Source: Thecamonas trahens ATCC 50062 | Lineage: Eukaryota; Protista; Apusomonadida | DNA length: 64,000 nucleotides | Assembly (NCBI RefSeq): GCF_000142905.1 | Contig: NW_013657664.1 | Location: forward strand, 462,133 to 526,132 | Direction of reading: 5' to 3' | Shown: in pieces, positions 1 through 11,000 of the stretch | Layout: every line of letters starts with the position of its first letter | Numbering within the stretch: position 1 is the stretch's first letter | Program-made: the position numbers and the translations under genes | The notes under the pieces: generated by a model | The model's database searches: none | The model's input: the letters and a program-made list of their open reading frames with translations, nothing else | What the model was told of the DNA's origin: nothing

Positions 1-2952
1 GGGGGCGACAACCTCCTCGAGCATGATGGGGTCGCGGTAGCCAGGCAGTGGGTTAGCCTGGGCGACGACGTCGTCGTCAGCCGGACAGAGACCGCGGAGG
101 CGCTTTGTCGAGTAAAACGACGGCGGCGGCTTCCAAGTGGTGGCAGCCTCGATTTCTGCGAGCTCCATGGCCTCAGCGTCGCCGGCAGCGCGGGGCTTGG
201 GCTTTGCGCGTGACTTGCGGATGCGCTTGGGCGGCGGCGGCGGGCCGGCCGGCTGGGACTCCTCGGCAATGACGGCTTCGGCTGCCTTGGCGTCACGCTT
301 GCGGGCGCGGGCCTTGGCCTTGGCGCGCTTCTTGGCAGCCTTGGCGCGGGTCGAAGAGACAAGCTTGCGCTGGCGCTTGATTTGCTCCTGAACAAGCGAT
401 GAGGTCCGCGACGGCGGCGGCTTGGTCAGCTTGGTCGTCACCTTGCGCTTCTTGGTCGGGCGCGGGTTGGCCGGCGGCGGCGATGTCTTCTTGGGCGGTG
501 GCGGCGGAGCGTCGTCCATGGGCGCTGGAACGCTTGCTGGCACCGGGGCGGGGGCGGAGGATGCAGTATCGGTCGTCGGCGGGAGTGCAGAAGGCGACGG
601 CTGGGGTGCAGGCTGCGCAGCAGCGGGCGGGCCGGAAGCCGAGGGGTCAGACTGCGGGGCAGGCGCTTCGGGCGCGGGCGGCTGGGCGGACGGGGTCTGG
701 GTGTTGTCGCGCTTCCGTTTCTTGGCGCCCTTTTTGGGCTCCTTGTCAGTAGCGTCGTCCTTGGCGGCGTTGGACTCGGCGCTGCCCTTGGACTTCATGG
801 CGGCCCGTTGACGGGCGCCGACTCGCGGATGGACGCGGAACTTGCCGTTCTCCTCGAGGTAGCGTGCGCGACCGGACTCGTCGACCTTGTAGGTAGGGTC
901 GACGATGACGCCGGCCTCGATCATGCGGCGGTAGTGGCCGGAGCACTGGTAGCCGACCCGGCCGGGGATGCCGATGGAGAGCAGGCCCCAGCGGCCGGGC
1001 CCGCCCATTTCCTCGAGGCGCTTGAGGAAGATGGCGTGCTCTTCCTGGGTAAAGGGGCCCTTGCGCGGGGCTTCACCGGGCGCGTTGAAGCGGTAGTAGT
1101 ACCCGTTGGGGTTGCGGTCGATCATGGCGTAGGCGCGCATGCGGGCCTTGGACCAGCCCTCCATGAGCTTGCACACCTCATTGGTGTTTTCCGGCAGCGG
1201 AACGGCCTCGCCCTCGCGGACCACCTTGTCTTTGAGCGACGGCAGGGCCTCGGCGACTTTGGCGAGCGCCTTTGGATTGAGCTTGTACTCTGTGGAGCGG
1301 AGGCGGGTGGGCGCGACGCGGACCTCGACCTTACCCTCCTTGGCCTCTGCATGGATGCGGGCAATGTCTTCGGCGACCTTGGTTGCCTCCTCACGGGTGC
1401 GGATGGTGCGGTAGAAGGGTGCAAACGAGGTAAAGGTGGACTTGGGCTTGGGCTTGGGCTTGGCCTTTGACTTGCGCGAGGTGGAGCCGGTGGACCAGGC
1501 GAAGGAGCCGGAAGCCGGGTTTGCGCGGCGGACGGCGGCCATGCCGTGGATGCAAAACGACTGATAGCCTGCGCACGAGGTATCCTCCTCCGGGTGGAGC
1601 GTGCCCGGCGGACGACGGAACGACTCGGAGGTCTTTGAGGTGGCGACGGCCTCGCGGACCTTGGCGAGGAACGAGCCAAGGGCGGCCGAGGGCGAGGCGA
1701 GCTTGAGCAGGGTCTCGTCGACGTCGCCGTCACACTGGTCGAGGGCGGCACCGGCCTCGTCGCGGGTGAGGTGCGGGAAGAGGGCGGTGACATTGGAGAC
1801 TTGGCGGGCGCGGCGCGAGGCCTCCAGCTTGGCCATCTGGTCGCGGTAAGCGGCGAGGCGCTTGTCCATCTCTGCAGCTTCTGCGCCCGAGAGGTCTCCA
1901 AAGGCGTCGTCGCGGCGGGCTGCGGCGTCTGCGGTGGCGGACGACGATGCGCCGTTGAGGAGGTGCGGAGCAGTCGGCGGCGGCGGCGTCGCATCATCTT
2001 CGGCATCATCGGCGGCTGGGGCAGCTGGCGGGGACTGCTCGTCGCGAGCGCGGCGGAGTGAGGCCAGCAGCGCGCGCTCGTCCGCCTCGGAGCGATCGGA
2101 GCCCAGGAGGCCGGCACCCTTGAGTGCGCCACGAAGGTGCGAGTTGGGCTCGGGGACCGGCGAGCGCGGGCCGGGCTTGGGCCCGGCATGCGAGCGGGCG
2201 GGCGACTTGGAGGCAGCGGCAACGGCGAAAAAAGTGCCGAGCAGCGAGGACTGAGCCATGGGCGACGGCGACGCCGGGCGGAAGGCCTCAGTGTAGAAGC
2301 GCGACATGGTGTTGGGCAGCGAGTAGTGGAGCGGACGGGTAGCCTTGAGGAGGGCAGCGAGCCAAGACTGCTGGAACGGGTGGAGGATGGAGGCCGGCGA
2401 TGGCGCCTCGGTGTCTTGCTGCGACTCAGGGAGCCACTTGTTGAGGTTTGCCGGCGACATGGCCATGAGCTTCTTGCGCTTGCCCTTGACCGAGGTACAG
2501 AAGAGGTGCGGAACGAGGAGGTAGTTGGAGGGCACGCCTGCAGGGACAAAAGCCGGTGGCCAAGCAAGCGGCGGAGCGAGATTGACAGCAACGCCACGGA
2601 TGACGGCAGCGGTGTCGATGGTGTCGACATGGTCCGAGTAGGCAAAGGGCAGGGCGCCGCGGCGGACCGACTTGAAGGCATTGGTCACAGCGCGAGACTT
2701 GGGCAAGTCGGCTTGCGCATAGCACCAGACAACCTCGACCTGGGTAGGCACCTCGCTTGGCCATTGGTAGCTCTCTGCCTGACCTGCAGCCTCTGCTGTG
2801 GCCAGACCATTCGACGCCGCCACAAGGTCGGCCACCTTGACGGCCGACACCAGCTGCGCCACAAACTCGGCATGCGCGGGGCCCTGCACAACCATAAACT
2901 GTCCTGCGTCGTGCTCTCGGCACCCGGCCTCCCACGTGCATACGCTTGCCAT
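1..2952 (-). CDS. CUE/UBA-like + Myb/SANT + probable U-box/RING protein (3' end runs off the window)
   Basis: Absent from the ORF track because no stop falls inside the window. Manual translation from ATG 2952 (MASVCTWEAG...) gives a CUE-like segment VTALFPHLTRDEAGAALDQCDGDVDETLLKL (~1700-1795), a Myb-like segment YYRFNAPGEAPRKGPFTQEEHAIFLKRLEEMGGPGRWGLLSIGIPGRVGYQCSGHYRRMIE (~915-1100), and a U-box-like start NPLPGYRDPIMLEEVVAP at the window edge. Confidence 0.75.
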   Translation of the reverse strand, partial: MASVCTWEAGCREHDAGQFMVVQGPAHAEFVAQLVSAVKVADLVAASNGLATAEAAGQAESYQWPSEVPTQVEVVWCYAQADLPKSRAVTNAFKSVRRGALPFAYSDHVDTIDTAAVIRGVAVNLAPPLAWPPAFVPAGVPSNYLLVPHLFCTSVKGKRKKLMAMSPANLNKWLPESQQDTEAPSPASILHPFQQSWLAALLKATRPLHYSLPNTMSRFYTEAFRPASPSPMAQSSLLGTFFAVAAASKSPARSHAGPKPGPRSPVPEPNSHLRGALKGAGLLGSDRSEADERALLASLRRARDEQSPPAAPAADDAEDDATPPPPTAPHLLNGASSSATADAAARRDDAFGDLSGAEAAEMDKRLAAYRDQMAKLEASRRARQVSNVTALFPHLTRDEAGAALDQCDGDVDETLLKLASPSAALGSFLAKVREAVATSKTSESFRRPPGTLHPEEDTSCAGYQSFCIHGMAAVRRANPASGSFAWSTGSTSRKSKAKPKPKPKSTFTSFAPFYRTIRTREEATKVAEDIARIHAEAKEGKVEVRVAPTRLRSTEYKLNPKALAKVAEALPSLKDKVVREGEAVPLPENTNEVCKLMEGWSKARMRAYAMIDRNPNGYYYRFNAPGEAPRKGPFTQEEHAIFLKRLEEMGGPGRWGLLSIGIPGRVGYQCSGHYRRMIEAGVIVDPTYKVDESGRARYLEENGKFRVHPRVGARQRAAMKSKGSAESNAAKDDATDKEPKKGAKKRKRDNTQTPSAQPPAPEAPAPQSDPSASGPPAAAQPAPQPSPSALPPTTDTASSAPAPVPASVPAPMDDAPPPPPKKTSPPPANPRPTKKRKVTTKLTKPPPSRTSSLVQEQIKRQRKLVSSTRAKAAKKRAKAKARARKRDAKAAEAVIAEESQPAGPPPPPKRIRKSRAKPKPRAAGDAEAMELAEIEAATTWKPPPSFYSTKRLRGLCPADDDVVAQANPLPGYRDPIMLEEVVAP

Positions 2953-3030
2953 ATGTGGGTGGACGTAGTCGAGTGTGACCGCGGGCGGCGAGCTTGGGAA
3001 GGGGAAGGTGGGCTGGCGGAGGTGCCTGTT

Positions 3031-3042
3031 TTTGGCGCGAAA
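3031..3042. promoter_or_regulatory. E2F-type site TTTGGCGCGAAA in a divergent promoter
   Basis: Reverse complement is TTTCGCGCCAAA, matching the TTTSSCGC consensus. It lies between the ATGs at 2952 (-) and 3200 (+). Confidence 0.4.
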
Positions 3043-3199
3043 GCCGTCAACGACGGGTGGGACATTCGCGCGTTTTTTTTCCGCCTTTGCACCGACGGGT
3101 GGCCGCCGAACCGGCGGCGAGTCGTCGCATGGGCACATTGAGGTTGTCGCCGGCTGTTCGTCGCAGATATGCGAGAGTAACTCTTCTCTTCCTCCAATC

Positions 3200-4120
3200 A
3201 TGTCTTCTGGTCGCAACGCATCCTGCACCCTCGTCGGCGACGGCGTCACTGGCTCCATCTCGTTCGCTCAGGAGAACGCTGGTACGTAGTCCACATAAGT
3301 ATTGCGTTGCATGCATGAACTTTCCATATTCAAGCTGTCTTGGGGTGTGGACAAGGAGGACGGGGAGGACGGGAGGAGGTGGTGGTGGTGGTGGGAGAGG
3401 GTGGCAAAGAACAAGTTTTTGGTCGCGTCGCGGCACGTGACGGACAGCGAGTTTGTCCACGCCCCCCTCCCCCAAAGCATCACACGGCTGGGAGTGGTAC
3501 AGTGGCGGCAAAGTGTGAGTGTTACTTTGTGTGTTCTCTATCATGTGGCTTGGTTGGTGGCATGGCGAGCAGTTCCATGTGTGTGGTAGGCTCGAGGATG
3601 ACGTGCGGCAGCCGTGTCGCGGGTGGCACCACGTCAGGTCGCGCTGGCAGGTGGTGTCGTCATTGTCGGGTTGGCGACAGCTCACAGGCTTGCGTGCGGC
3701 TGTAGACTCACATGCCGAGGTGGGCGAGACGCAGATGCACCCACTACTGTGACTGTGGAGATCACCGGGCTCACCCCGGGCAACCATGGCTTCCACATCC
3801 ACCAGTACGGCGACCTCACCGAGGGCTGCAAGTCGACGGCCGGCCACTTCAACCCGTTCGGCAAGACCCACGGCGCACCGTCTGACGACGAGCGTCATGT
3901 GGGCGACCTCGGCAACGTCACCGCCGGTGACGATGGCTCGGTCTCGACCTCGATCACCGACGCGCAGGTCACGCTCTTTGGCGAGCACTCGGTTGTTGGC
4001 CGCGCCATCGTCGTCCATGCTGGCGAGGATGACCTCGGCAAGGGCGGCCACGACGATTCGCTGACCACCGGTCATGCCGGCGGCCGCGTCGCCTGCGGTG
4101 TCATCGGCCTCACCGCCTGA
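3200..4120 (+). CDS. SOD1: Cu/Zn superoxide dismutase; exons 3200-3281 and 3735-4120
   Basis: Motifs [34 protein letters not shown] and [10 protein letters not shown]. Phase-1 intron GTACGT...GCAG (3282-3734). Confidence 0.96.
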
Positions 4121-4191
4121 CTACCACGCTCGCGGCTGTGACCACCCACTGTGGTCCTGTCTGATGCTTTGTTCGCAAACATGGACCATGA

Positions 4192-4350
4192 TGGCGGAGG
4201 AGGTGGTGGAGGAGGTGGTGGAGAAGGAATAGGTGGAGGAATAGGTGGAGGAGGAATGGGTGGAGGAATAGGTAGAGGAGGAATAGGTGGAGGAATAGGT
4301 GGAGGAGGAATAGGTGGAGGAGGAACAGGTGGAGGAGGAGGTGGTGGTTG
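4192..4350. repeat. GGA/GGT-rich low-complexity repeat
   Basis: Imperfect (GGTGGAGGAATA)n downstream of SOD1. Confidence 0.8.
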
Positions 4351-4623
4351 AAGAGGTACGTGATGATAGCGCTTGCGGGTTGGGGCGGCCCATGCCCCCC
4401 CCCGCCCTTTCCATGCCCATGATTCCCCCTGCCCGTGCCCATGATCCCCCTGCCCATGCGCTCATAAACAATTGTCTCCCCTCCCTCCGACATGCCAGTA
4501 GTTTCAACCCCCCCCCCCTACCATTCTTTCCATCGTCACTCATACCCATACCCTCCCCTCACCCCACCCCACCCCACCCCACCCCACCCCCACCTCCATA
4601 CACACACTGCCACCATACCAACG

Positions 4624-6419
4624 ATGGTGTACACAGCGCAGTTTGAACGAGTGGGAAGCCATCATGTGGTGACGGTCTCGGCCTCGTCGCCCACCCTGCT
4701 CGGCCGAGGCACCGCGTGCGGCATCAGCGACAAGAAGGTGTCGAGGAAGCAGGCATCCGCTGTCCTGGATGCCACATCAGGCAAGGTCACCGTCACCATC
4801 CTTGGTCTCAATCCCTCAGCTCTGGCTCTCGCCGGTTCCGAAGACTACAAGCTGCTCTCCAGGAATGGCTCGTACGTCATGAACGATGGCGACTCGCTCC
4901 GCCTACTCCCGGCAGAGCACGGCGACTATGTCTTCAAGCTCGTGGTCCAGGAGATCAAGCCCGCTGCTGCTGCGGCTGCTGCCATTGCCACCACCACCAC
5001 AGCTACGACCGCATCGACGACCACTTCCACTGCTTCCGCTGCTTCGATCGCGCCAGTAGAGGCCCCAGCCGCGCCCACACCCGCATCGCGGTTCGACGCC
5101 TTTCTGCAGCAGATGGAGGCCGAGGAGAAAGAGGCAGGCGGGGCGGGAGAGAGCGGAGGTGCCGGTGGAGAGGGAGAGGCCGAGGCAGAGCCTGGTATCG
5201 ATGTGCTGTTCTCGTTTGACACCACAGGCTCGATGTACGAGTGCTTGGATCTGATCCGGGCCAAGGTTGACGAGGTCATTACCAAGGTGGCATCAGACAT
5301 GGACGTGCGGGTGGCGATCATTGCCCACGGCGACTTTTACGACATTGGCAAGACTTACCTCATCAAGTCGCTCGACTTTACCTCTGAGCTCGACAAGATC
5401 AAGAACTTTCTGGCGGGCATCGAGCAGACGCACGGCGGCGATGGGCCCGAGGCGTACGAGCTTGTCCTCCGCGAGGCGCAGCAGTTTTCATGGGCGCAGA
5501 CCGGTCCAAGGCGCTGGTGCTCATCGGCGACGACGTGCCGCACGAGCCGTCGTACACCGACCAGAACATCCGCTGGCGCGACGAGCTCGAGAAGCTCATG
5601 GAGGCCGACATCAAGATCTACGCCGTTCAGGCCAACCACAACAAGAAGGCTGCGCCGTTCTACGAGGAGCTTGCTGAAAAGTCGGGCGGCTTTTTGGTCC
5701 ACCTCTCGCAGCTCGACTGGATTGAGCACATGTTTGTGGCGCTCTGCTACCGCCAGCACTCGCCAGACAAGTTTGAGAACTACCGGCTCGACCTGATCTG
5801 GGAGAACAAGCTGACCCACGCGTCACCGCTCAACACCCTGTTCATGGAGATGCAAACGCCGGTCATTAACCGGCTCGACCCGAGCTACACCGGGCATCTG
5901 ACCCAGGGCTGGTGGGCGCCGGACGAGCATGACCTCGGCACGCCGCGCTACCGCTGGGCGCCGTCGACCCGGACGTGGAAGCGCGATCCCAAGGGTCGCA
6001 AGGGCCCACCGCGCAAGCGCAAGCGCTCGCAGGGCGGAAGTGATAGTCCGGCGTCGGCGTCGGCGTCGCGGTCGTCGGCACGGAATAGCTCGCGCGCGCC
6101 GGGCGCGTACAACGACTCGTCGGACGATGAAGACTATGCCGTGGCGAGCGGCGACGGCGGGGCTGCCGGAGGCCGGCCGGCCAAGCGCGCCAAGAAGGCG
6201 CCCGCCCCTGTTCGCAAGGTCACCAGCGTCGACGCCGTCCGCCGGATGACCAAGAAGGCACAGGTCTCACGCCAGCTCGCGCTCCGTCGGCGCGATCCGC
6301 CGCCGGGCTACCCAGACAAGATTGTTGTTGGCGGCGGAGCGAACGACACGCTTCAAGCGATGAAGGACCGGCTGCTGGCAGTCATGGCGCACGAGACGTC
6401 GGTCAAGGACGACGAGTGA
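4624..6419 (+). CDS. PNKP/APTX/APLF-type FHA + vWA domain protein; frameshift at ~5491-5494
   Basis: FHA motif LLGRGTACGISDKKVSRKQ...GLNPS. vWA with MIDAS-like DVLFSFDTTGSM and GGDGPEAYE, continuing in a second frame as LVLIGDDVPH. Adding one G to TGGG joins FSW to GADRSK. Confidence 0.8.
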
Positions 6420-6520
6420 GCCAGCAGTAAATAAGCCCCCCCCCCCCCCTCCCGCGATGATGATGATGCGGCTGCGAAGAGAAGGTGGTTGCTGCTTTAC
6501 GGGAGCTCGATGGTGCGGGC

Positions 6521-7156
6521 TCACTCGGTCTTCTTGCCACTCGCCACGGTCGATGGAGCGACGACCGGCGAGTTTGTGACTCGCCAAGAGACGGTGATGA
6601 CCGCCACCTCTGCGCCGTCCTCGTTGAGCAGCGGGACCACGACGTCGTAGGTGTGGCTGCCGAGCTCGGTAGGCACGTCCAGCTCGCCGACCGAGGCAGT
6701 GATGGTACCGCGGGCCTTGATCTTGAACTCGGCGTTGATAGCCGTGGGAATGATTCGCATGCCTCGCCGCGACTGCTGCAGCATCATCATGGCCAGAGCC
6801 GAGGTCAGCTCGCCGAGATTGGTCAGAGCCACAGCATGGAGCGAGTTGAAGGGATTGCGGAGCCAGGGACGATCGATCATGGCCACGGATACGCCATCAG
6901 GAGACATGTCGAGAACAAAAGGAGAGATGGAGCCAGTGTACGGCGAGATGAAGCCGCAGAGGCCCGATATAAAGTCCCGACCGCAAGGAACGTTACGAGC
7001 GACCTTGAAAAGACGCTCAAACTTGAGTGCAGTTCCAAGACCATGCTGCCATGCCGCGTAGCCAAGCAGCGGCACCGTACACCATGCCCCCACCATGAAC
7101 CGAACTGCGTTGAGGACGGTGATCGCCACCCGCACAATGCCTCCTGTTCCCCGCAT
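6521..7156 (-). CDS. Hotdog-fold thioesterase (PaaI/DUF4442-like)
   Basis: LRNPFNSLHAVALTNLGELTSALAM...INAEFKIKARGTITA; hydrophobic N-terminus; ATG at 7156. Confidence 0.75.
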   Translation of the reverse strand: MRGTGGIVRVAITVLNAVRFMVGAWCTVPLLGYAAWQHGLGTALKFERLFKVARNVPCGRDFISGLCGFISPYTGSISPFVLDMSPDGVSVAMIDRPWLRNPFNSLHAVALTNLGELTSALAMMMLQQSRRGMRIIPTAINAEFKIKARGTITASVGELDVPTELGSHTYDVVVPLLNEDGAEVAVITVSWRVTNSPVVAPSTVASGKKTE

Positions 7157-7210
7157 TGTGTCAGCGAGAGGCGTGTGGGATGCAGCTGGGGGAGGGGGGG
7201 AGGGGGGGGG

Positions 7211-7832
7211 CACCCTCGCTCACCCTGGCTACGGGTCGACCACTGGCCGATCGCACCCTCTCTCCTTGCTCACCCTGGCCACGGGTCGACCACTGGCCGA
7301 TCGCACCCTCTCTCTTCGCTCACCCTGGCTACGGGTCGACCACTGGCCGATCGCACCCTCTCTCCTTGCTCACCCTGGCCACGGGTCGACCACTGGCCGA
7401 TCGCACCCTCTCTCCTTGCTCACCCTGGCCACGGGTCGACCACTGGCCGATCGCACCCTCTCTCCTTGCTCACCCTGGCCACGGGTCGACCACTGGCCGA
7501 TCGCACCCTCTCTCCTTGCTCACCCTGGCCACGGGTCGACCACTGGCCGATCGCACCCTTTCTCCTCGCTCACCCTGGCCACGGGTCGACCACTGGCCGA
7601 TCGCACCCTCTCTCTTCGCTCACCCTGGCCACGGGTCGACCACTGGCCGATCGCACCCTCTCTCCTCGCTCACCTTGGCCACGGGTCGACCACTGGCCGA
7701 TCGCACCCTCTCTCCTTGCTCACCCTGGCCACGGGTCGACCACTGGCCGATCGCACCCTCTCTCCTCGCTCACCTTGGCCACGGGTCGACCACTGGCCGA
7801 TCGCACCCTCTCTCCTCGCCCACCCTGGCCAC
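7211..7832. repeat. 50-bp minisatellite, about 12 copies
   Basis: Unit CACCCTGGCCACGGGTCGACCACTGGCCGATCGCACCCTCTCTCCTTGCT, starting at 7221, 7271 ... 7771, with a partial copy at 7821. Confidence 0.97.
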
Positions 7833-8050
7833 TGATAGGCGAGGGGAGGGAGGGGAGAGTGGTAACCGGGGAGGAGGGGGGTGACATGCTCTCTCTGCCT
7901 GTGTGTTGCCTTGCTTCATTCCTGCACAACCGCCGCCATACTATACTTGAGCTCGGTCGTTGCTTGCGCCGTTGCGCTCCAGATTGATCCCGAGCTAAAA
8001 CCCGAGCTCGAGTCGGAGCCCGAGCCCAAGCCCGTGTCCGCGGTAGACGA

Positions 8051-11000
8051 TCAAAAGTTGGACCACTGAGTACCCTCGAGACCGTCAAACAGATGATCGA
8101 GGAAGCGATCGTCGCGAAAAGCGGCCGAGAGGATGATGAGGGGAAGGCAGCAGCGGCAAAAGCCGCGCATCGACGGCATGCAGCCGCAGGAAACCGACTC
8201 ATGGAAGACACACAGGCGCAGCTTGTGGTCGCAGAGCGCAAACGGCAGGATGCCCGAGAGGTCAACCCGGGTCGAGACCAGCAGCTCGCTTAGCTGGTTG
8301 CGGATGGCCGCCGGCGCAAAGCCGAGCTCGAGCAGAGTGTCGTACTGCAGCTTGTACGTGACGCACAGGTTGTATGCGAGCCCGAGTACGCTCGACATGC
8401 CAACATAGACCAGGGCCTGCCGCCGCCGGTAGTCGAGCGCGTGCGGGAGGAGTGTGGTGTGCGCCGGATCCGCAGTCGAGTACGACCGCGCCCGGTCGCC
8501 GCCGCCCACCCGCGAGCCGCCCAGCGCCACCCGCGAGGCCAGGCCCGACTTCAAGCCGTCGATGGTGAGCCGGCCGACCCACCCAAACTCGCCCTGGTCA
8601 TCGGCAAGGTCGACCGTGATAAAAGCCTCATCCGTCGGCTTGCCGGCGTCAAGGTCCGAGAGGTAGCGGATGAACCCGTAATTGGCCTCATCGCCGGGCT
8701 GCGGACCCCATGCCGCATACCCAGCCAGCCCTGTGCACCACGCCTCGCCGCTCGGCGAGACCGCCGCTGATGAGTCCTCGCTCGCCGTCGGCGAGCCCAT
8801 CAGCGGCGGCAGGATGCTTGGCATGCCACCGACCCCAGCTCCAGCCGCAGCATGCGGCATCGTCGTCTCCAGCGCCAGCGGCATGCCCGATGCCAGCGCT
8901 CCTCCGCCACCACCCACCTCGGTCTTCTTGCTGAGCCGCGGCGCCCCAAATACCGCCGGCACCGCAAGCTGTGGAAAGGCGGTCCCCGTACTCCCGTCGA
9001 GCCCGCCAGCAGCCAGATCAAACCCGCCCAAACCCCCGCCGCCTGCCAGGCCCTCGATTCTCCCCGCCACCGGCAAGCTGGCCGACGCCCACGCCGCCGC
9101 CGCCGCCGCCGCAGTATCGTCATCACTCCGCCCTTTGCCCGACATCGGCACCACCAGCGGCGGGTGGGTTAAGCCAATACCCGCCTCGCTCGCCATCTCG
9201 TCAGGATCCTCCGCCACAACCGCCGCCGCCGCCGCCGACGCCGCAGCCTCGGCTTCGGCCAGCGCCGCCGACGACCGCCGCCGCGACCGCGAGCTCGGCG
9301 GCCCGGGTCTTCCTTCCGTTTCTTCCGCCGCGCGCTTGGCGGCCATGACCTCGTGAAAGAGCACCGGGTGGCTCGCCCGCGCCTCGGCGGCCGCCGACGC
9401 CGCCTGGTCTGCAGTCAGCCTCGCCGCCGTCGCCCGCGACGTAAGCGTCTTGATTCTGCCTGCCAGCTGCGCATGCGCCGGGTGCTGCGGCGAGACCCGC
9501 TCGAGCTTGATCACCGCGGCTTCCAGCGCTTGTGCGGCCTCGCGCTCACGGCTCGCCGTCTCGGCCTCCAGATCGATGGCCCGGTTGATGGCCGCCACCC
9601 GCGCCTTGCGCTTGAGCGCCGTACCACTGCCTCTGCTCCCGCCTCCGCTCGCCGCCCCCGCCGACCTCTCGCTCTTGCCTCCGCTCCCGCCGTCCCGCCT
9701 CGCCAGGTGCCCACCACCCGCGGCCTTGGACGTCCCCCCGAGCCGGTAGTAGCTGACTGCGCTCTTAGTCTTGACCATGCCCAGCCGATGGTTCTCAATG
9801 TGCGGCTTGACCACCCGCCACAGCGGCTGCTTCCGCGGCTCCATCGACCGGTACCGGCCAAACATGATTTTGAACAGGCTGTCGTTGGCCGCCACCGTCG
9901 AGTCGATACTTCGCCCATCGGCCGGAGCCATTTCATACAACCGATCGCACAGCGCGTTGACCAGCTCCTCCGACGACATGGCGTTGATCTCTGCCCGCGA
10001 CGGCGCCGCGCGCTTGCCCCCTGCACCACTCCACGCCACCGCCGCTCCGCCCGCCGCAGCCTGAGCTCCTCGCCCGCCGGAGCTACCTCCCCCACTCACG
10101 CTTGGCGCGGTCGGGTCGAGCATGTAGCGGATGGCGTAGCGGTCCTTGGATGACTTGAGGCCAAAGTCCTGCAGGAACGGCATGATGATCTTCCACGGCG
10201 CCTCACGCCGGCCGGTCACCTTGCGGTAGCGCGCAAAGAGCGCCTTGAGCTTGGCGTCCTTGGTGAGGTAGACCGAGGTCACCGAGCCGCTCGAAGAGGC
10301 CTCGACCAGCTTGCGCAGCTGCGCCAGGATCTGGGTGATGAGCGTGCGTGTCGCGTCCGAGCTCAGCGCCGCCGCCGCCGCATCCTGGACCTCGGCCTCG
10401 GTCAGCCCCTTGCCCTCGCTCCCTGTCCCAGCCTCGCTCCCCGATGCGGCACTGCTCGTCGACGTTCGTGCACCCGAGCCCGCCGAGCTCGACCCGTCGG
10501 CAGCAACGCTCTTGCGAGAGTACAGGATCCGCGCCGGCGTCTTGCGCATCTGGACGCCGACAGACTCGAGGTGTGGCAGGAGGACGCGCCAGAGAGAGAC
10601 GCGGTGCGCAGACATGCGCTTGAACCGGACGTACAGCTGGTGGAACCGCGGTCGGTTCGAAATGTCGGCCAGTGCAACCTCGGAGCCGTCGACAGGCGTT
10701 AGGTAGTAGACCTGCCGCGCCAATGCCTCCACAAGCTGCGGGCGCGACAAATCCTCTGGCCGCGCGATGTCGAGCTCGGACGAGCCCAGTCTGAACGGGG
10801 CCGCCGTTGCCGTCCGCCGGGGGTTGGTCCGGCTACCTGTGCCGGCCGAGCCCGCAGTCGGGCCCGGCTTGGGCGACGGCGGCGACGACGCAGCCGTCAC
10901 CTGTTGCCGGTCGGCTTCGAGGCTGGCCCAGGCAAGCTCCAGCTCGGCGATGGAGCCCGACCAAACTGCAGCAAACTCACGGTCCGCAGCCTCGGCAGCG

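Noticed and set aside
1122-2681. 519-aa Ser/Arg/Pro ORF and the many similar shadow ORFs
   Set aside because: These are off-frame or antisense ORFs expected from high-GC codon usage; the real frame is 2952 to <1.
7211-7832. CRISPR array (palindromic repeated units)
   Set aside because: The units are contiguous with no unique spacers, there are no cas genes, and the context is eukaryotic.
6485-7987. Long + strand ORFs (500, 246 and 242 aa)
   Set aside because: They arise from the 50-bp repeat cycling through frames and from antisense overlap with the thioesterase.
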